From positions 2,272,001 to 2,336,000 of the forward strand of contig OZ241326.1 in assembly GCA_965199855.1 (NCBI GenBank): DNA of 64,000 nucleotides. The letters run 5' to 3'. Shown here piece by piece: positions 28,581-37,153 of the stretch (its first letter is position 1; every line of letters begins with the position of its first letter). The DNA is from a bacterium. GTDB taxonomy: Bacteria; UBA8248. The translations under genes were made by a program, and so were the position numbers. The notes under the pieces are model-generated. The model saw only the letters and a program-made list of their open reading frames with translations, had not been told where the DNA came from and made no database searches.

Positions 28581-29453
28581 TCAGGATTCGGAGTTGACGA
28601 GGTAGATGCCCGCCGAAATCAGCGCCGCGCCGCCGAGCATGAGAATCGTCAACGGCTCGGCGAGCAGCAGCGCGCCCAGAAAGACGCCGAAAACGGGTGT
28701 GAGGAACATGAAAGCGCTCACGCGGCCCGCCGGGTAGTCCTTGAGCAGCCACAGCCAGGGAATCATGGCGAGGCCGGTGCCGATGACGCCGTTGTAGCCC
28801 ACGCCCAGAAGCACGTTGGCGTCCCCCAGGTCGGGCCAGGGCTCCCCCCGGAGCGAGGCGATGAGGAAAAAGGGCGGGACGGCGAGCGCCTGCGTCCAGG
28901 CGGTGATCCGGAAGGCGTCGAAGCTCCTGAGCCGCGTCTTGAGAAACACCGACTGCGCCGCCCACAGGACGGCCGCCAGGATGACGATGACGTCGCCCAG
29001 CCAGGTGGAGCCGCCGGCGGAGGAGAGCTTGTCGCCGAACAGGAGCGCCATGCCGAGGCTCGCCGCCCCGAACCCCGCTACGGCGCGCGCGCCCACCCGC
29101 TCCTGGGGGAGAATCCACGCCGCCAGCCCCGTGAGAATCAGCGGCTGGGCGTAGAGGAACAGCGAGGCGCGCCCGGCGGTGGTGTGGTGCACGCCGTGAT
29201 AGTAGGTGAGAAACATGAGGTTGTGCAGGCAGGCGTTGATCCAGAAATCGGCGTTTTCCCGCCCTCCGCCCAGGCGCGGCGGCTGAACGGGCATCTTCCG
29301 CAGGAGCATGACCGCAAAGACGATTCCCGCCGAGCACAGCCCCCTCAGCCAGAGAAACGTGAAGGGCTCCACCCCGCGCAGGCCGACCTTCGCCGCCGGA
29401 AAGCTCAGCCCCCAGAGGAAGGTGACGGAGAAAATCAGGACGAAAAACCGCAA
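28581..29453 (-). CDS. DMT/EamA family transporter
   Basis: LWG, FLYAQP, FMFLTPVFG, LLAEP; about 10 TM segments. Confidence 0.9.
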   Translation of the reverse strand: MRFFVLIFSVTFLWGLSFPAAKVGLRGVEPFTFLWLRGLCSAGIVFAVMLLRKMPVQPPRLGGGRENADFWINACLHNLMFLTYYHGVHHTTAGRASLFLYAQPLILTGLAAWILPQERVGARAVAGFGAASLGMALLFGDKLSSAGGSTWLGDVIVILAAVLWAAQSVFLKTRLRSFDAFRITAWTQALAVPPFFLIASLRGEPWPDLGDANVLLGVGYNGVIGTGLAMIPWLWLLKDYPAGRVSAFMFLTPVFGVFLGALLLAEPLTILMLGGAALISAGIYLVNSES

Positions 29454-29529
29454 CGCTCATCTCCGCCTTGAACGAATCCGCCGCGCGCCGGGAAGCGGGC
29501 GGAGGGCGAAACCCGCCGGACCGCCGCCT

Positions 29530-30153
29530 TCAGCCCTCGGATTCCATTTTGCGGGGAAACGGCTCGAGAGCCTTCAAGTCCACCTTCTGCTCCAGTTCGT
29601 CGTGGCAGGCGTCGCAGCGCGGCTGCGCCGTCGCCGCCACGAGGAAAGCCTTCTCCCGCGCCCCGCCCATCCGGTGGCCGTTGTGGCACTGCACGCAGTC
29701 CGCCTTGAGCTCCGCGTGGTCCGAGATGGCGTGAAAGGCGCCGTCGGCCAGCGCCAGCAGGCGCGCCTCGTCGTGGCACTTGACGCAGTCCTTGTCGGGA
29801 ATGGGGTGAAACACGCGTGAGGGCTGCTCGAAGTCGCCGATGACGAACTTGTAGAGATCCTTGCCCGCCAGAAGCGTCGTGCGGATCATCCCCGCGATCC
29901 CCTCCTCCCCGTGGCAGGAGATGCACCGCGCCGCGTCCGCGCCCTTGTGCCAGCCGGCCAGCGTCCGCGTCCGCGCCTTCGGGCGCATCCCGTCGTCGAG
30001 ATAATCCTGGTGATCCCGGAGATGGCAGGCCGTGCAGAAGGGATCGTAGGATTCCACGGCGCGAATCCCATGCAGTCCGCCCAAGCCGAGCAGCGGAGAG
30101 AGCGCGGCCGCGAGAATCAGCCATTTCCACCAACGCCCCCGCGCGCTTCGCAT
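29530..30153 (-). CDS. Membrane-anchored pentaheme cytochrome c (NapC/NirT-like N-terminus)
   Basis: CTACH, CISCH, CVKCH, CVQCH, CDACH after an N-terminal TM helix. Confidence 0.88.
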   Translation of the reverse strand: MRSARGRWWKWLILAAALSPLLGLGGLHGIRAVESYDPFCTACHLRDHQDYLDDGMRPKARTRTLAGWHKGADAARCISCHGEEGIAGMIRTTLLAGKDLYKFVIGDFEQPSRVFHPIPDKDCVKCHDEARLLALADGAFHAISDHAELKADCVQCHNGHRMGGAREKAFLVAATAQPRCDACHDELEQKVDLKALEPFPRKMESEG

Positions 30154-30283
30154 TCAGGCTCCCCTCGGCGCGGACGCGCCGGCGTCCGTCCCGCCCGTCC
30201 GCCGGGACGAATGAACCTCCCTCCATCTTCCGCATTATAGCGCGATTTGCTAGGATGCGCCGTGAACGAGGGAGGCCGCGCCG

Positions 30284-30646
30284 ATGGCGAGAACGAGATT
30301 CAGCGCGAAAAGACGCCGCCCGGGACGCGGGAGCGCCCCCGCTCCCCCCGCCGGCTCCGCCGAAAGCGCGAGACGGATCGCCGCGCGCCTCAAGTCCTCG
30401 GCGAGCGTGGGCAGGAGCGCACGGGACTACCGCCGCAGGTCGCTCGAGATTCACGGCTGGTTCTGCGCCAAGTGCGGCCGGGACTTCGACGAGAGCAATC
30501 TCCACGCCCTCACGGTTCATCACAGGGACGGCGATCACAGGAACAACCCGCCGGACGGAAGCAACTGGGAGAACCTCTGCGTGGACTGCCATGAGGACGA
30601 GCACTCGCGCGACATGCTCGGCCGCTATCTGAGCGGCGAGCACTGA
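30284..30646 (+). CDS. yajD: YajD family HNH nuclease
   Basis: CAKC..LTVHHRDGDHRNNPPDGSNWENLCVDCHEDEHSR. Confidence 0.88.
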   Translation: MARTRFSAKRRRPGRGSAPAPPAGSAESARRIAARLKSSASVGRSARDYRRRSLEIHGWFCAKCGRDFDESNLHALTVHHRDGDHRNNPPDGSNWENLCVDCHEDEHSRDMLGRYLSGEH

Positions 30647-30661
30647 AAAGCGCCGTCTTCG

Positions 30662-31954
30662 ATGATCCTCTCGGTAAAGCCCTCCTCCGCCAGGGGAGCG
30701 GCCGGCGTCCCCGGCTCGAAATCCCACTCCATCCGCGCCGTCGCCCTCGCGTCGCTGGCCTCGGGCGAGAGCGCGATATTCAACCCCCCGGATTCCTCGG
30801 ACGGCCTCTCGGCCGCGCGCGTCTATGAGAGCCTGGGCGCCGAAATCCACAAAGAGAAAGAGGTCTGGCGCGTCAGGGGCTTCGGCGCGCGGCCTGGGGC
30901 GCCGCGCGGGGTTCTCGACGTGGGAAATTCGGGAACCACCTGCCGGATGGCGCTCGGAACGGCCGCGCTCCTGCGCGAGGGCGAGGCCCGCTTCGACGGC
31001 GACGCCCAGACCAGAAAGCGCCCGATGGGGCCGCTGCTCGAGGCGCTCTCCAACCTGGGCGCGAAGGCGGAGGCGAACAACGGCCTCCTCCCCGCCTCGG
31101 TGCGCGGCCCATGGCGCGGCGGTCGGACGAGGGTGGACGGGACGACCAGCCAGTTCACCTCCTCCCTGCTGCTGAACGCGCCCTTCGGGGAGGGCGCGAG
31201 CGTCGTCGAGCCGATCGGCCTGAACGAGCGCCCCTACGTCGAGATGACGCTCTGGTGGCTGGATCGCCTGGGTCTCGAATATGAGCGGGATGAATGCCGG
31301 AGCTTCGCGATCCCCGGCGGACAGGCGCTGTCGGGGTTCGAGATAGCCGTCCCCGCCGACTGGAGTTCCGCCGCCTTTCTCGCGGCCGCGGGCGCGCTTC
31401 CGGGCGGGGACGTCGCCCTCGAGGGCCTGGACATGGACGACCCGCAGGGCGACAGGGAAATTCTCCGGTTCCTGGAGGAGATGGGCGCGGAGGTCTCCGC
31501 CACGGAGGCGGGCGTCAGAGTCCGCGCGCGGGCGCTGCGCGGCGGAGAGTTCGACCTGAACGCCACGCCGGATCTCCTGCCCGTCATGGCCGTCCTCGGA
31601 GGGTTCGCGGATGGGGAGACCAGGCTCCTGAACGCGCCCCAGGCGCGCATCAAGGAGACGGACAGAATCTCCGCCATGCGGAAAGTCATCGAAGCCCTGG
31701 GCGGCGAGGCGAGAGAGCTGGCGGACGGCCTCGTCGTGCGGGGGGGCGGGCTGCGGGGCGGGGCGGTTCACGGCTTCGGCGATCACCGCGTCGTCATGGC
31801 CGCCGCCGTCGCCGGGCTCGCCGCTCCCGAGGGGGCGTCTGTGGACACGGCCGAAGCGATGGCGGTAACCTTCCCCGATTTTCGCGAGCGCATGGCCGCG
31901 CTGGGCGCCGAGATGGAAGCGAGGGATTCGCCCGATGCCGATCTACGAGTATGA
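30662..31954 (+). CDS. aroA: 3-phosphoshikimate 1-carboxyvinyltransferase (EPSP synthase)
   Basis: PGSKS, GNSGTT, SQFTS, RIKETDRI, DHR. Confidence 0.96.
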   Translation: MILSVKPSSARGAAGVPGSKSHSIRAVALASLASGESAIFNPPDSSDGLSAARVYESLGAEIHKEKEVWRVRGFGARPGAPRGVLDVGNSGTTCRMALGTAALLREGEARFDGDAQTRKRPMGPLLEALSNLGAKAEANNGLLPASVRGPWRGGRTRVDGTTSQFTSSLLLNAPFGEGASVVEPIGLNERPYVEMTLWWLDRLGLEYERDECRSFAIPGGQALSGFEIAVPADWSSAAFLAAAGALPGGDVALEGLDMDDPQGDREILRFLEEMGAEVSATEAGVRVRARALRGGEFDLNATPDLLPVMAVLGGFADGETRLLNAPQARIKETDRISAMRKVIEALGGEARELADGLVVRGGGLRGGAVHGFGDHRVVMAAAVAGLAAPEGASVDTAEAMAVTFPDFRERMAALGAEMEARDSPDADLRV

Positions 31955-32267
31955 ATGCAGGGGGTGCGGCTTCATTTCCGGGCACCTGGTGATGAAGCCC
32001 TCCGACAGGAGGAAGCTCGCCTGCCGCGCCTGCGGGGAGACGAAGCTGCGAAAAGTCATGTCGCGCTTCTCCTCCCACCAGACGGAAGACCAGCGGCTCG
32101 AGGGGTTCGACCCTTCCAGGCCGCAGGATGCGTCCTTCTACAAGGACGACCGCAATATCGGGCTATGGGCGCAGAAGCGCGCCCGGCAGATGGGCGTGGA
32201 TCTCGGCGATTCCTTCGGCGAAATCCTCGAGAAGGGCCGCTCGAAGAAGATTCTCGACAACCTTTGA
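31935..32267 (+). CDS. FmdB family zinc-ribbon protein
   Basis: MPIYEYECRGCG...CRACG. Confidence 0.88.
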   Translation: MPIYEYECRGCGFISGHLVMKPSDRRKLACRACGETKLRKVMSRFSSHQTEDQRLEGFDPSRPQDASFYKDDRNIGLWAQKRARQMGVDLGDSFGEILEKGRSKKILDNL

Positions 32268-32292
32268 GGCCGCCTTGACGCCTGAAGCGAGC

Positions 32293-32955
32293 ATGAGCGA
32301 GGCGCTTCGCGCGGAAGCGGAGCCGCTCTGGGAGAAAATCCACGAGCATCCCTTCGTGCGCGGCATCGGCGACGGGACGCTGCCGATGGAGCAGTTCCGC
32401 TTCTACATGCGGCAGGACTACGTTTTCCTGAAGGAATACAGCCGCGCCATCGCCCTGGCCGTCGTGAAGGCGCCCGGGCTCGAGGAGATGGGCCGCTTCG
32501 CCGACCTGCTGAACGCCACGCTGAACACGGAGATGGCGCTGCACCGCAGCTTCGCCGGAAAATTCGGCGTCTCGGCCGAGGAGATCGAGGCGACGCGGCC
32601 CGCCCCCGCCTGCAGGGCCTATGCGGATTTTCTGCTGGAGGCGGCCTTCTCCGGCGCCTTCGGGGAAATCGCCGCCGCCATGCTGCCCTGCCAGTGGGAC
32701 TACGCCGTCATCGGGAAGCGGCTCGCCGAGCGGGGAATTCCCGAAAACGCGCCGCTTCACGCCGAATGGATAAAGACCTACGCCTCGGAGGAATTCGCCC
32801 GGCTCGCCCGCTGGATGCGCGACATGCTCGATGCGGCCGCTGCGGCCGCCGGCCCGGCCGAGCGGGAGCGGATGCGCGCGCGCTTTCTGACGGGGACGCG
32901 CTACGAATACCTCTTCTGGGAGATGAGCTGGCGCATGGAGGATTGGCCCCTGTGA
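32293..32955 (+). CDS. tenA: Thiaminase II (aminopyrimidine aminohydrolase)
   Basis: HPFV..IGDGTL, YMRQDY, LPCQW, EYLFWEM. Confidence 0.93.
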   Translation: MSEALRAEAEPLWEKIHEHPFVRGIGDGTLPMEQFRFYMRQDYVFLKEYSRAIALAVVKAPGLEEMGRFADLLNATLNTEMALHRSFAGKFGVSAEEIEATRPAPACRAYADFLLEAAFSGAFGEIAAAMLPCQWDYAVIGKRLAERGIPENAPLHAEWIKTYASEEFARLARWMRDMLDAAAAAAGPAERERMRARFLTGTRYEYLFWEMSWRMEDWPL

Positions 32956-32974
32956 ACCCCGGCCCGAGGAGGAC

Positions 32975-33565
32975 GTGACGCCCCGCGCGCGAAAAGCCCC
33001 GCCCGGCTCCCGGCGATGCGAATGGGCCGAGGGCGACCCGCTCATGGAGAAATACCATGACGAGGAATGGGGCTTTCCCGTCCGGACGATCAGCAGGCAC
33101 TTCGAGCAGCTCACCCTCGAGATTTTCCAGGCCGGACTCTCCTGGCGAACGATTCTCCACAAGCGCGCGGCGTTCCGCGAGGAATTTCGGGGGTTCGCGC
33201 CCGGGAAGGTCGCCCGCTTCACCGAGCGGGACGTCGTCCGCATTCTCGGAAACCCCGGCGTCGTGCGAAACCGCAGGAAAATCGAGGCGACCATCCGGAA
33301 CGCCAAAAGGTTCCTGGCCATCGAGAAAAAGCGCGGATCGTTCAACCGCTACCTCGCCTCCCTGCCTGACGATCTTCCCTCGCTGCAAAGGATATTCCGC
33401 GAGGAATTCGTCTTCATGGGCCCCAAAATCGCCGAAGCCTACCTCGAAAGCGTGGGCAGGATACCCGAACCCCACGATCCGCATTGCTGGCGGGCGGAGG
33501 AGGCGAAACGCCGGGCTTCGGGCGGCGGGCGTTCTCCCCAAGGCGTGAGCGCCTCATCTTCATAA
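32975..33565 (+). CDS. tag: DNA-3-methyladenine glycosylase I
   Basis: RCEW, YHDEEWG, FQAGLSW, RNRRKI, HDPHC. Confidence 0.93.
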   Translation: MTPRARKAPPGSRRCEWAEGDPLMEKYHDEEWGFPVRTISRHFEQLTLEIFQAGLSWRTILHKRAAFREEFRGFAPGKVARFTERDVVRILGNPGVVRNRRKIEATIRNAKRFLAIEKKRGSFNRYLASLPDDLPSLQRIFREEFVFMGPKIAEAYLESVGRIPEPHDPHCWRAEEAKRRASGGGRSPQGVSASSS

Positions 33566-33581
33566 ATCGCACATCATTTAT

Positions 33582-33594
33582 TATCAATAACTTG
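33582..33594 (+). promoter_or_regulatory. IHF consensus site in element copy 2
   Basis: TATCAATAACTTG = WATCAANNNNTTR in AT-rich context. Confidence 0.65.
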
Positions 33595-33770
33595 AATCGC
33601 TTTATTCAAAGCGGAACGAGAACCTCGCCGCCTTTCGATTCCCGCCGTCAATTTGTCGAAAAAGGTCGTGAATTTGTCTGAAATAGCTGTAAAACAGCTG
33701 GGAATTTGTCTGAATTTGCAGAATAAAGAAGGATGATTTTTCACTCGCGCCGACATATCCGTTCAACGCG

Positions 33771-33796
33771 CGTCATTCCGGCGCAAGCCGGAATCC
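33771..33796 (+). repeat. CGTC-tagged REP-like palindrome
   Basis: CGTCATTCCGGCGCAAGCCGGAATCC: 8-bp stem with GCAA tetraloop. Confidence 0.8.
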
Positions 33797-34093
33797 GGCG
33801 TTGCTTCGTCGGCTCCGGGTTGCGGCGATCCCTCCTCTCCGTCGAGGTTGACGCCGCAACGACGATGAAGCGCCGCAAGCCTTCAACGCGCGTCAAACAT
33901 ATCAGCGCCTTTTCATCATTCCCCATCCTTCCGTCCTCCCGGAGCGGCGGGAGGATTCTCTCCGGCCTTCACGCGCGGGATTCTGACGCATCGGCCTGGC
34001 GGAGCGAAACGCGCAAATGCGGGCAAATGCGCGCCGGGGGCGATTGACAGCCCTCCGCTCCCCAAATCCCGCCAATCGCTGGCCGCGCGAGGG

Positions 34094-34828
34094 TCACTCC
34101 AGGGGTTCGATGTCCGCGTAGATGACTGTGGGACGCCGGCCTTTCGACCGCGCGCCATCGGCGTCCGCGCCGGCCGCCTCCCTCTCCACGACGCGCCCGG
34201 CTCCGGCGCGAACCGGCGCGGAGAACATCGGCCCATCAACCACGCAGGTGTGGAATTCGCCGTTCTCGCCCAGAGGGTCGGCTCCATGCGGCAACTCGGC
34301 GACGAAGCGGGCGTCGAACCATCTGCCCGCGAACCGGGCGGGCAGCTTCGCCGGATCGACCGCCGTCACGATGGCCCTGAGGCCGGCGTCCATCATCTCC
34401 CCGGCGAGTTCGGAGGTGTTTCGCCCCCATATCGGAAACAGGGGCGCGAAGCCGGTTCCCCTTAAATTCTCCTCCCGCCAGCGCCGGACGTCCTCCAGAA
34501 ACAGGTCGCCGAACGCCAGGCGCGACGCGCCGAGGCCCTCCGGCAACGCGCGGACGCGGGCGAGGAACCCCCGCATGGCGGCCTCGTATTCCTCGTTCGG
34601 GCAGGGCCAGGGGATGGGCATCTCGTAGAGCGGAAGGCCGAGCCTCTCCGCCTGGGCTTCGAGCGCCCAGCGCGGCGTGGCCTGGATGGAGACGCGATCG
34701 AAGGCGGCGGTCACGGTCGTGAAAATCCCCCGCACCTCCCAGACGTCGGGCCGCCGGCGGAGCGCGTGGAGCGCCCACGCGGAATCCTTGCCGGACGACC
34801 AGGAGACGAGCACGGGCTCAGGCGGCAT
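34094..34828 (-). CDS. PP-loop ATP pyrophosphatase (Dph6/MJ0570-related)
   Basis: SWSSGKDS, FGDLFLED, DPLGENGEFHT. Confidence 0.9.
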   Translation of the reverse strand: MPPEPVLVSWSSGKDSAWALHALRRRPDVWEVRGIFTTVTAAFDRVSIQATPRWALEAQAERLGLPLYEMPIPWPCPNEEYEAAMRGFLARVRALPEGLGASRLAFGDLFLEDVRRWREENLRGTGFAPLFPIWGRNTSELAGEMMDAGLRAIVTAVDPAKLPARFAGRWFDARFVAELPHGADPLGENGEFHTCVVDGPMFSAPVRAGAGRVVEREAAGADADGARSKGRRPTVIYADIEPLE

Positions 34829-34887
34829 GGCGCGGCTCCGGCGGGAGGGCGGAACCCAGGACGGGGGAAGAAATATATCCCTGCAAG

Positions 34888-34919
34888 AAACAAAACGCGC
34901 CTGCGATCTGCGAGGCGCG
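34888..34919 (-). terminator. Putative intrinsic terminator after cvpA
   Basis: CGCGCCT/AGGCGCG stem followed by TTTTGTTT on the minus strand. Confidence 0.6.
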
Positions 34920-34953
34920 GATTCTTCTCAGGCGCCCATGAGCGGAGAGTTTC

Positions 34954-35556
34954 CTACCTCTCCGGCGGCTTCTCCTCCGCGCCGGAGGCGCCCACCGAAT
35001 CCTTCACCCTGTCCTTCAGAGCGCCCGCGCCCTCCGAGGCGTCCTCGATTTTCTCCCTGGCGGAATCGAGCTTCTCCGCAACCTCCACCTCCCCCAGCGT
35101 CCGGATTCGCGCGCTCACCTCGCGCATGTAGGGCAGGATTCTGTCCGAGCCGCCGCCGAGCGGATAGTCCGGCGCGGACGTCTCGAACCCGGCCAGGAGG
35201 AGGCCCACGACGAACACCCCCTTCGCGCACCCGAGGAGGCCGCCGCCGATTCGGGAGGAGAGACCGGGGCTGTCCGTCGACATGAAGCGCAGCGCCGCCC
35301 GGAAAACCGACGTGAGAACGAGCCAGACCGCCGCGAAGAGGAGCGGGACGACCACCTTGTCCATCCAGCCCGCGCCGCCGACCCATTCGGAAACGTAGAG
35401 GCTTGCCGGGGCGCCGTATCGCGCGGCGGCGAAGACGGCGACTCCGAGCGACAGAAGGGAGAACGCCTCGCGGACGAAGCCGCGCACGCAGCTGCGAATG
35501 ACGAACACCGCCAGGACGAGGAGGATGAAAACGTCGGGGATGGAGAAGGAGATCAT
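34954..35556 (-). CDS. cvpA: CvpA family membrane protein
   Basis: RGFVREAFSL, RIGGGLLG..KG; 4 TM segments. Confidence 0.85.
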   Translation of the reverse strand: MISFSIPDVFILLVLAVFVIRSCVRGFVREAFSLLSLGVAVFAAARYGAPASLYVSEWVGGAGWMDKVVVPLLFAAVWLVLTSVFRAALRFMSTDSPGLSSRIGGGLLGCAKGVFVVGLLLAGFETSAPDYPLGGGSDRILPYMREVSARIRTLGEVEVAEKLDSAREKIEDASEGAGALKDRVKDSVGASGAEEKPPER

Positions 35557-35708
35557 GGAAATTCCGGCATCTCCTCGGGCGGGGAACCGGCGGGCGTTTC
35601 CCTCATCCTACCACAAATCGCGGCGCGCCTGCCATTGTCGGGCATGAAATTTCGGCGGCGGAGGCAAGGGCGACAACCCTTTTCAGGCGCGCGGCAGGCG
35701 CGTCCTCC

Positions 35709-36182
35709 TCAGATTTTCTCCTTCCACATGACCAGGGTGTCCTCGCGGTTGTCGGGATAATAGCGCGGGCGCATGGCCGCCGCCGTGAATCCGTGCTTTT
35801 CATAGAGCGCGATGGCGGCCGCGTTGCCGGCGCGCACCTCGAGCGTGGCGCGGAGCAGACCCCTGCCCTTCGCGTCCGCGAGCGCCCTCTCCAGCAGGAG
35901 GGCGCCGACGCCCCTGCGCCTGCGGCCGGGCGCGACCGCGAAGTTCGTGATGTGGCACTCCTCCGGCACCTCCCACCAGCAGGCGTATCCCAGAACGCCC
36001 GCCCGCGGGGGCTCGGGCGCGGCCGGGGGGCCTCCCTCGTCCACCGCGACGAGGAGCCGGGCGTTTTCGACCTCGCGGAGCTCCCGAAGGAAGCTCTCCC
36101 TCGACCAGGGAAGCGGAAAGGAGCGCCGCTCGATGTCGAGCACGGCGTCCAGATCCCCCACCCGCATGGGCCGCGCCTTCAT
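35709..36182 (-). CDS. rimI: Ribosomal protein S18 alanine N-acetyltransferase
   Basis: IERRSFPLPWS, HITNFAV, TLEVRAGN, RPRYY. Confidence 0.92.
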   Translation of the reverse strand: MKARPMRVGDLDAVLDIERRSFPLPWSRESFLRELREVENARLLVAVDEGGPPAAPEPPRAGVLGYACWWEVPEECHITNFAVAPGRRRRGVGALLLERALADAKGRGLLRATLEVRAGNAAAIALYEKHGFTAAAMRPRYYPDNREDTLVMWKEKI

Positions 36183-36373
36183 GCCCCCTCCCCTCCCGCG
36201 CGCGGCAAGCCCGCGCCGAACGCCGCAAACTCTTTCGCCGGGAAACTTTCGGGACTATAATACGCCAAACGCGGACATTCGCTCGCCGGGCCGCCGGACG
36301 CCGCGCGCCGCCGCGGACGGAGGCGGCCGCGGCCGGGGCGGAACCTTCCACAAACCCGATGCGGAGGACAATC

Positions 36374-37084
36374 ATGGGAGCGACTCTGACCTATCTGGGA
36401 CATTCCACTTTCGTCGGACAATCGGGCGGGGGCAAGACCTTCTACATCGACCCCTGGCTCGAGGGGAATCCGCGCTGCCCCGAGGGCGACCAAAGCCCCC
36501 GGAAGGCCGACCTCATCGCCCTCACCCACGGCCACTTCGACCACGTGGCCGGCGTCATGGCCGTCTATGGCCAGGGCGGATGCCCGGTCGCCGGCCCCTA
36601 CGAGCTGGTGAACCTCATCGCCCAGTCCGAGGGCTTCGCCGAGGAGCACGCGGGCGCCATGGGCAAGGGGGGGACGGTGGACTTCGACGGCATCGCCGTC
36701 ACGCTGACCCACGCCATGCACAGCTCGAGCTACGGCGAGCCGGGCGTCTATGCCGGAGAGCCCGCGGGCCTCATCCTCGCCTTCGAGGACGGCAGGAGGC
36801 TCTACCACGCGGGAGACACCGCCGTCTTCGGCGACATGAAGCTCATCGGCGAGCTCTACGAGCCCGACCTGTGCCTCCTGCCCATCGGCAGCCGGTTCAC
36901 GATGGACCCGCGCGAGGCGGCGCTCGCCGTCGAGCTTCTGGGCGCGAAGCGGGTGGTTCCGATCCATCACTCCACCTTCCCGCCGCTCACGGGGACGCCG
37001 GAGCAGTTCCGCGAGGAGGTCGCCAGGCGCGGACTCCCGGCCGAGATCGCCGCGCTGGAGCCGGGCGAGTCCATCGACGTGTAG
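36374..37084 (+). CDS. Metal-dependent hydrolase (UPF0173, MBL fold)
   Basis: YLGHS, IDPW, THGHFDH, YHAGDT, PIH; GGAGG RBS. Confidence 0.9.
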   Translation: MGATLTYLGHSTFVGQSGGGKTFYIDPWLEGNPRCPEGDQSPRKADLIALTHGHFDHVAGVMAVYGQGGCPVAGPYELVNLIAQSEGFAEEHAGAMGKGGTVDFDGIAVTLTHAMHSSSYGEPGVYAGEPAGLILAFEDGRRLYHAGDTAVFGDMKLIGELYEPDLCLLPIGSRFTMDPREAALAVELLGAKRVVPIHHSTFPPLTGTPEQFREEVARRGLPAEIAALEPGESIDV

Positions 37085-37153
37085 CGGCGGGCGCGGCGCC
37101 CGCCCCCGATGAGGAAACCTCGTCTTTTCAACGTTCACGAAAAGGAAGCGCGC

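Larger units (their letters stand above)
33580..34035. repeat. Non-coding dispersed element, copy 2 (inverted vs copy 1; carries a 120-bp insert)
   Basis: Same module order as copy 1 on the opposite strand: IHF site, GAATTTGTCT repeats, core, 51-bp block, GCAAATGC repeats. Confidence 0.9.

Noticed and set aside
30284-30646. HNH nuclease between the inverted elements as their mobiliser
   Set aside because: Typical chromosomal YajD with host-like codon usage; nothing links it to the elements
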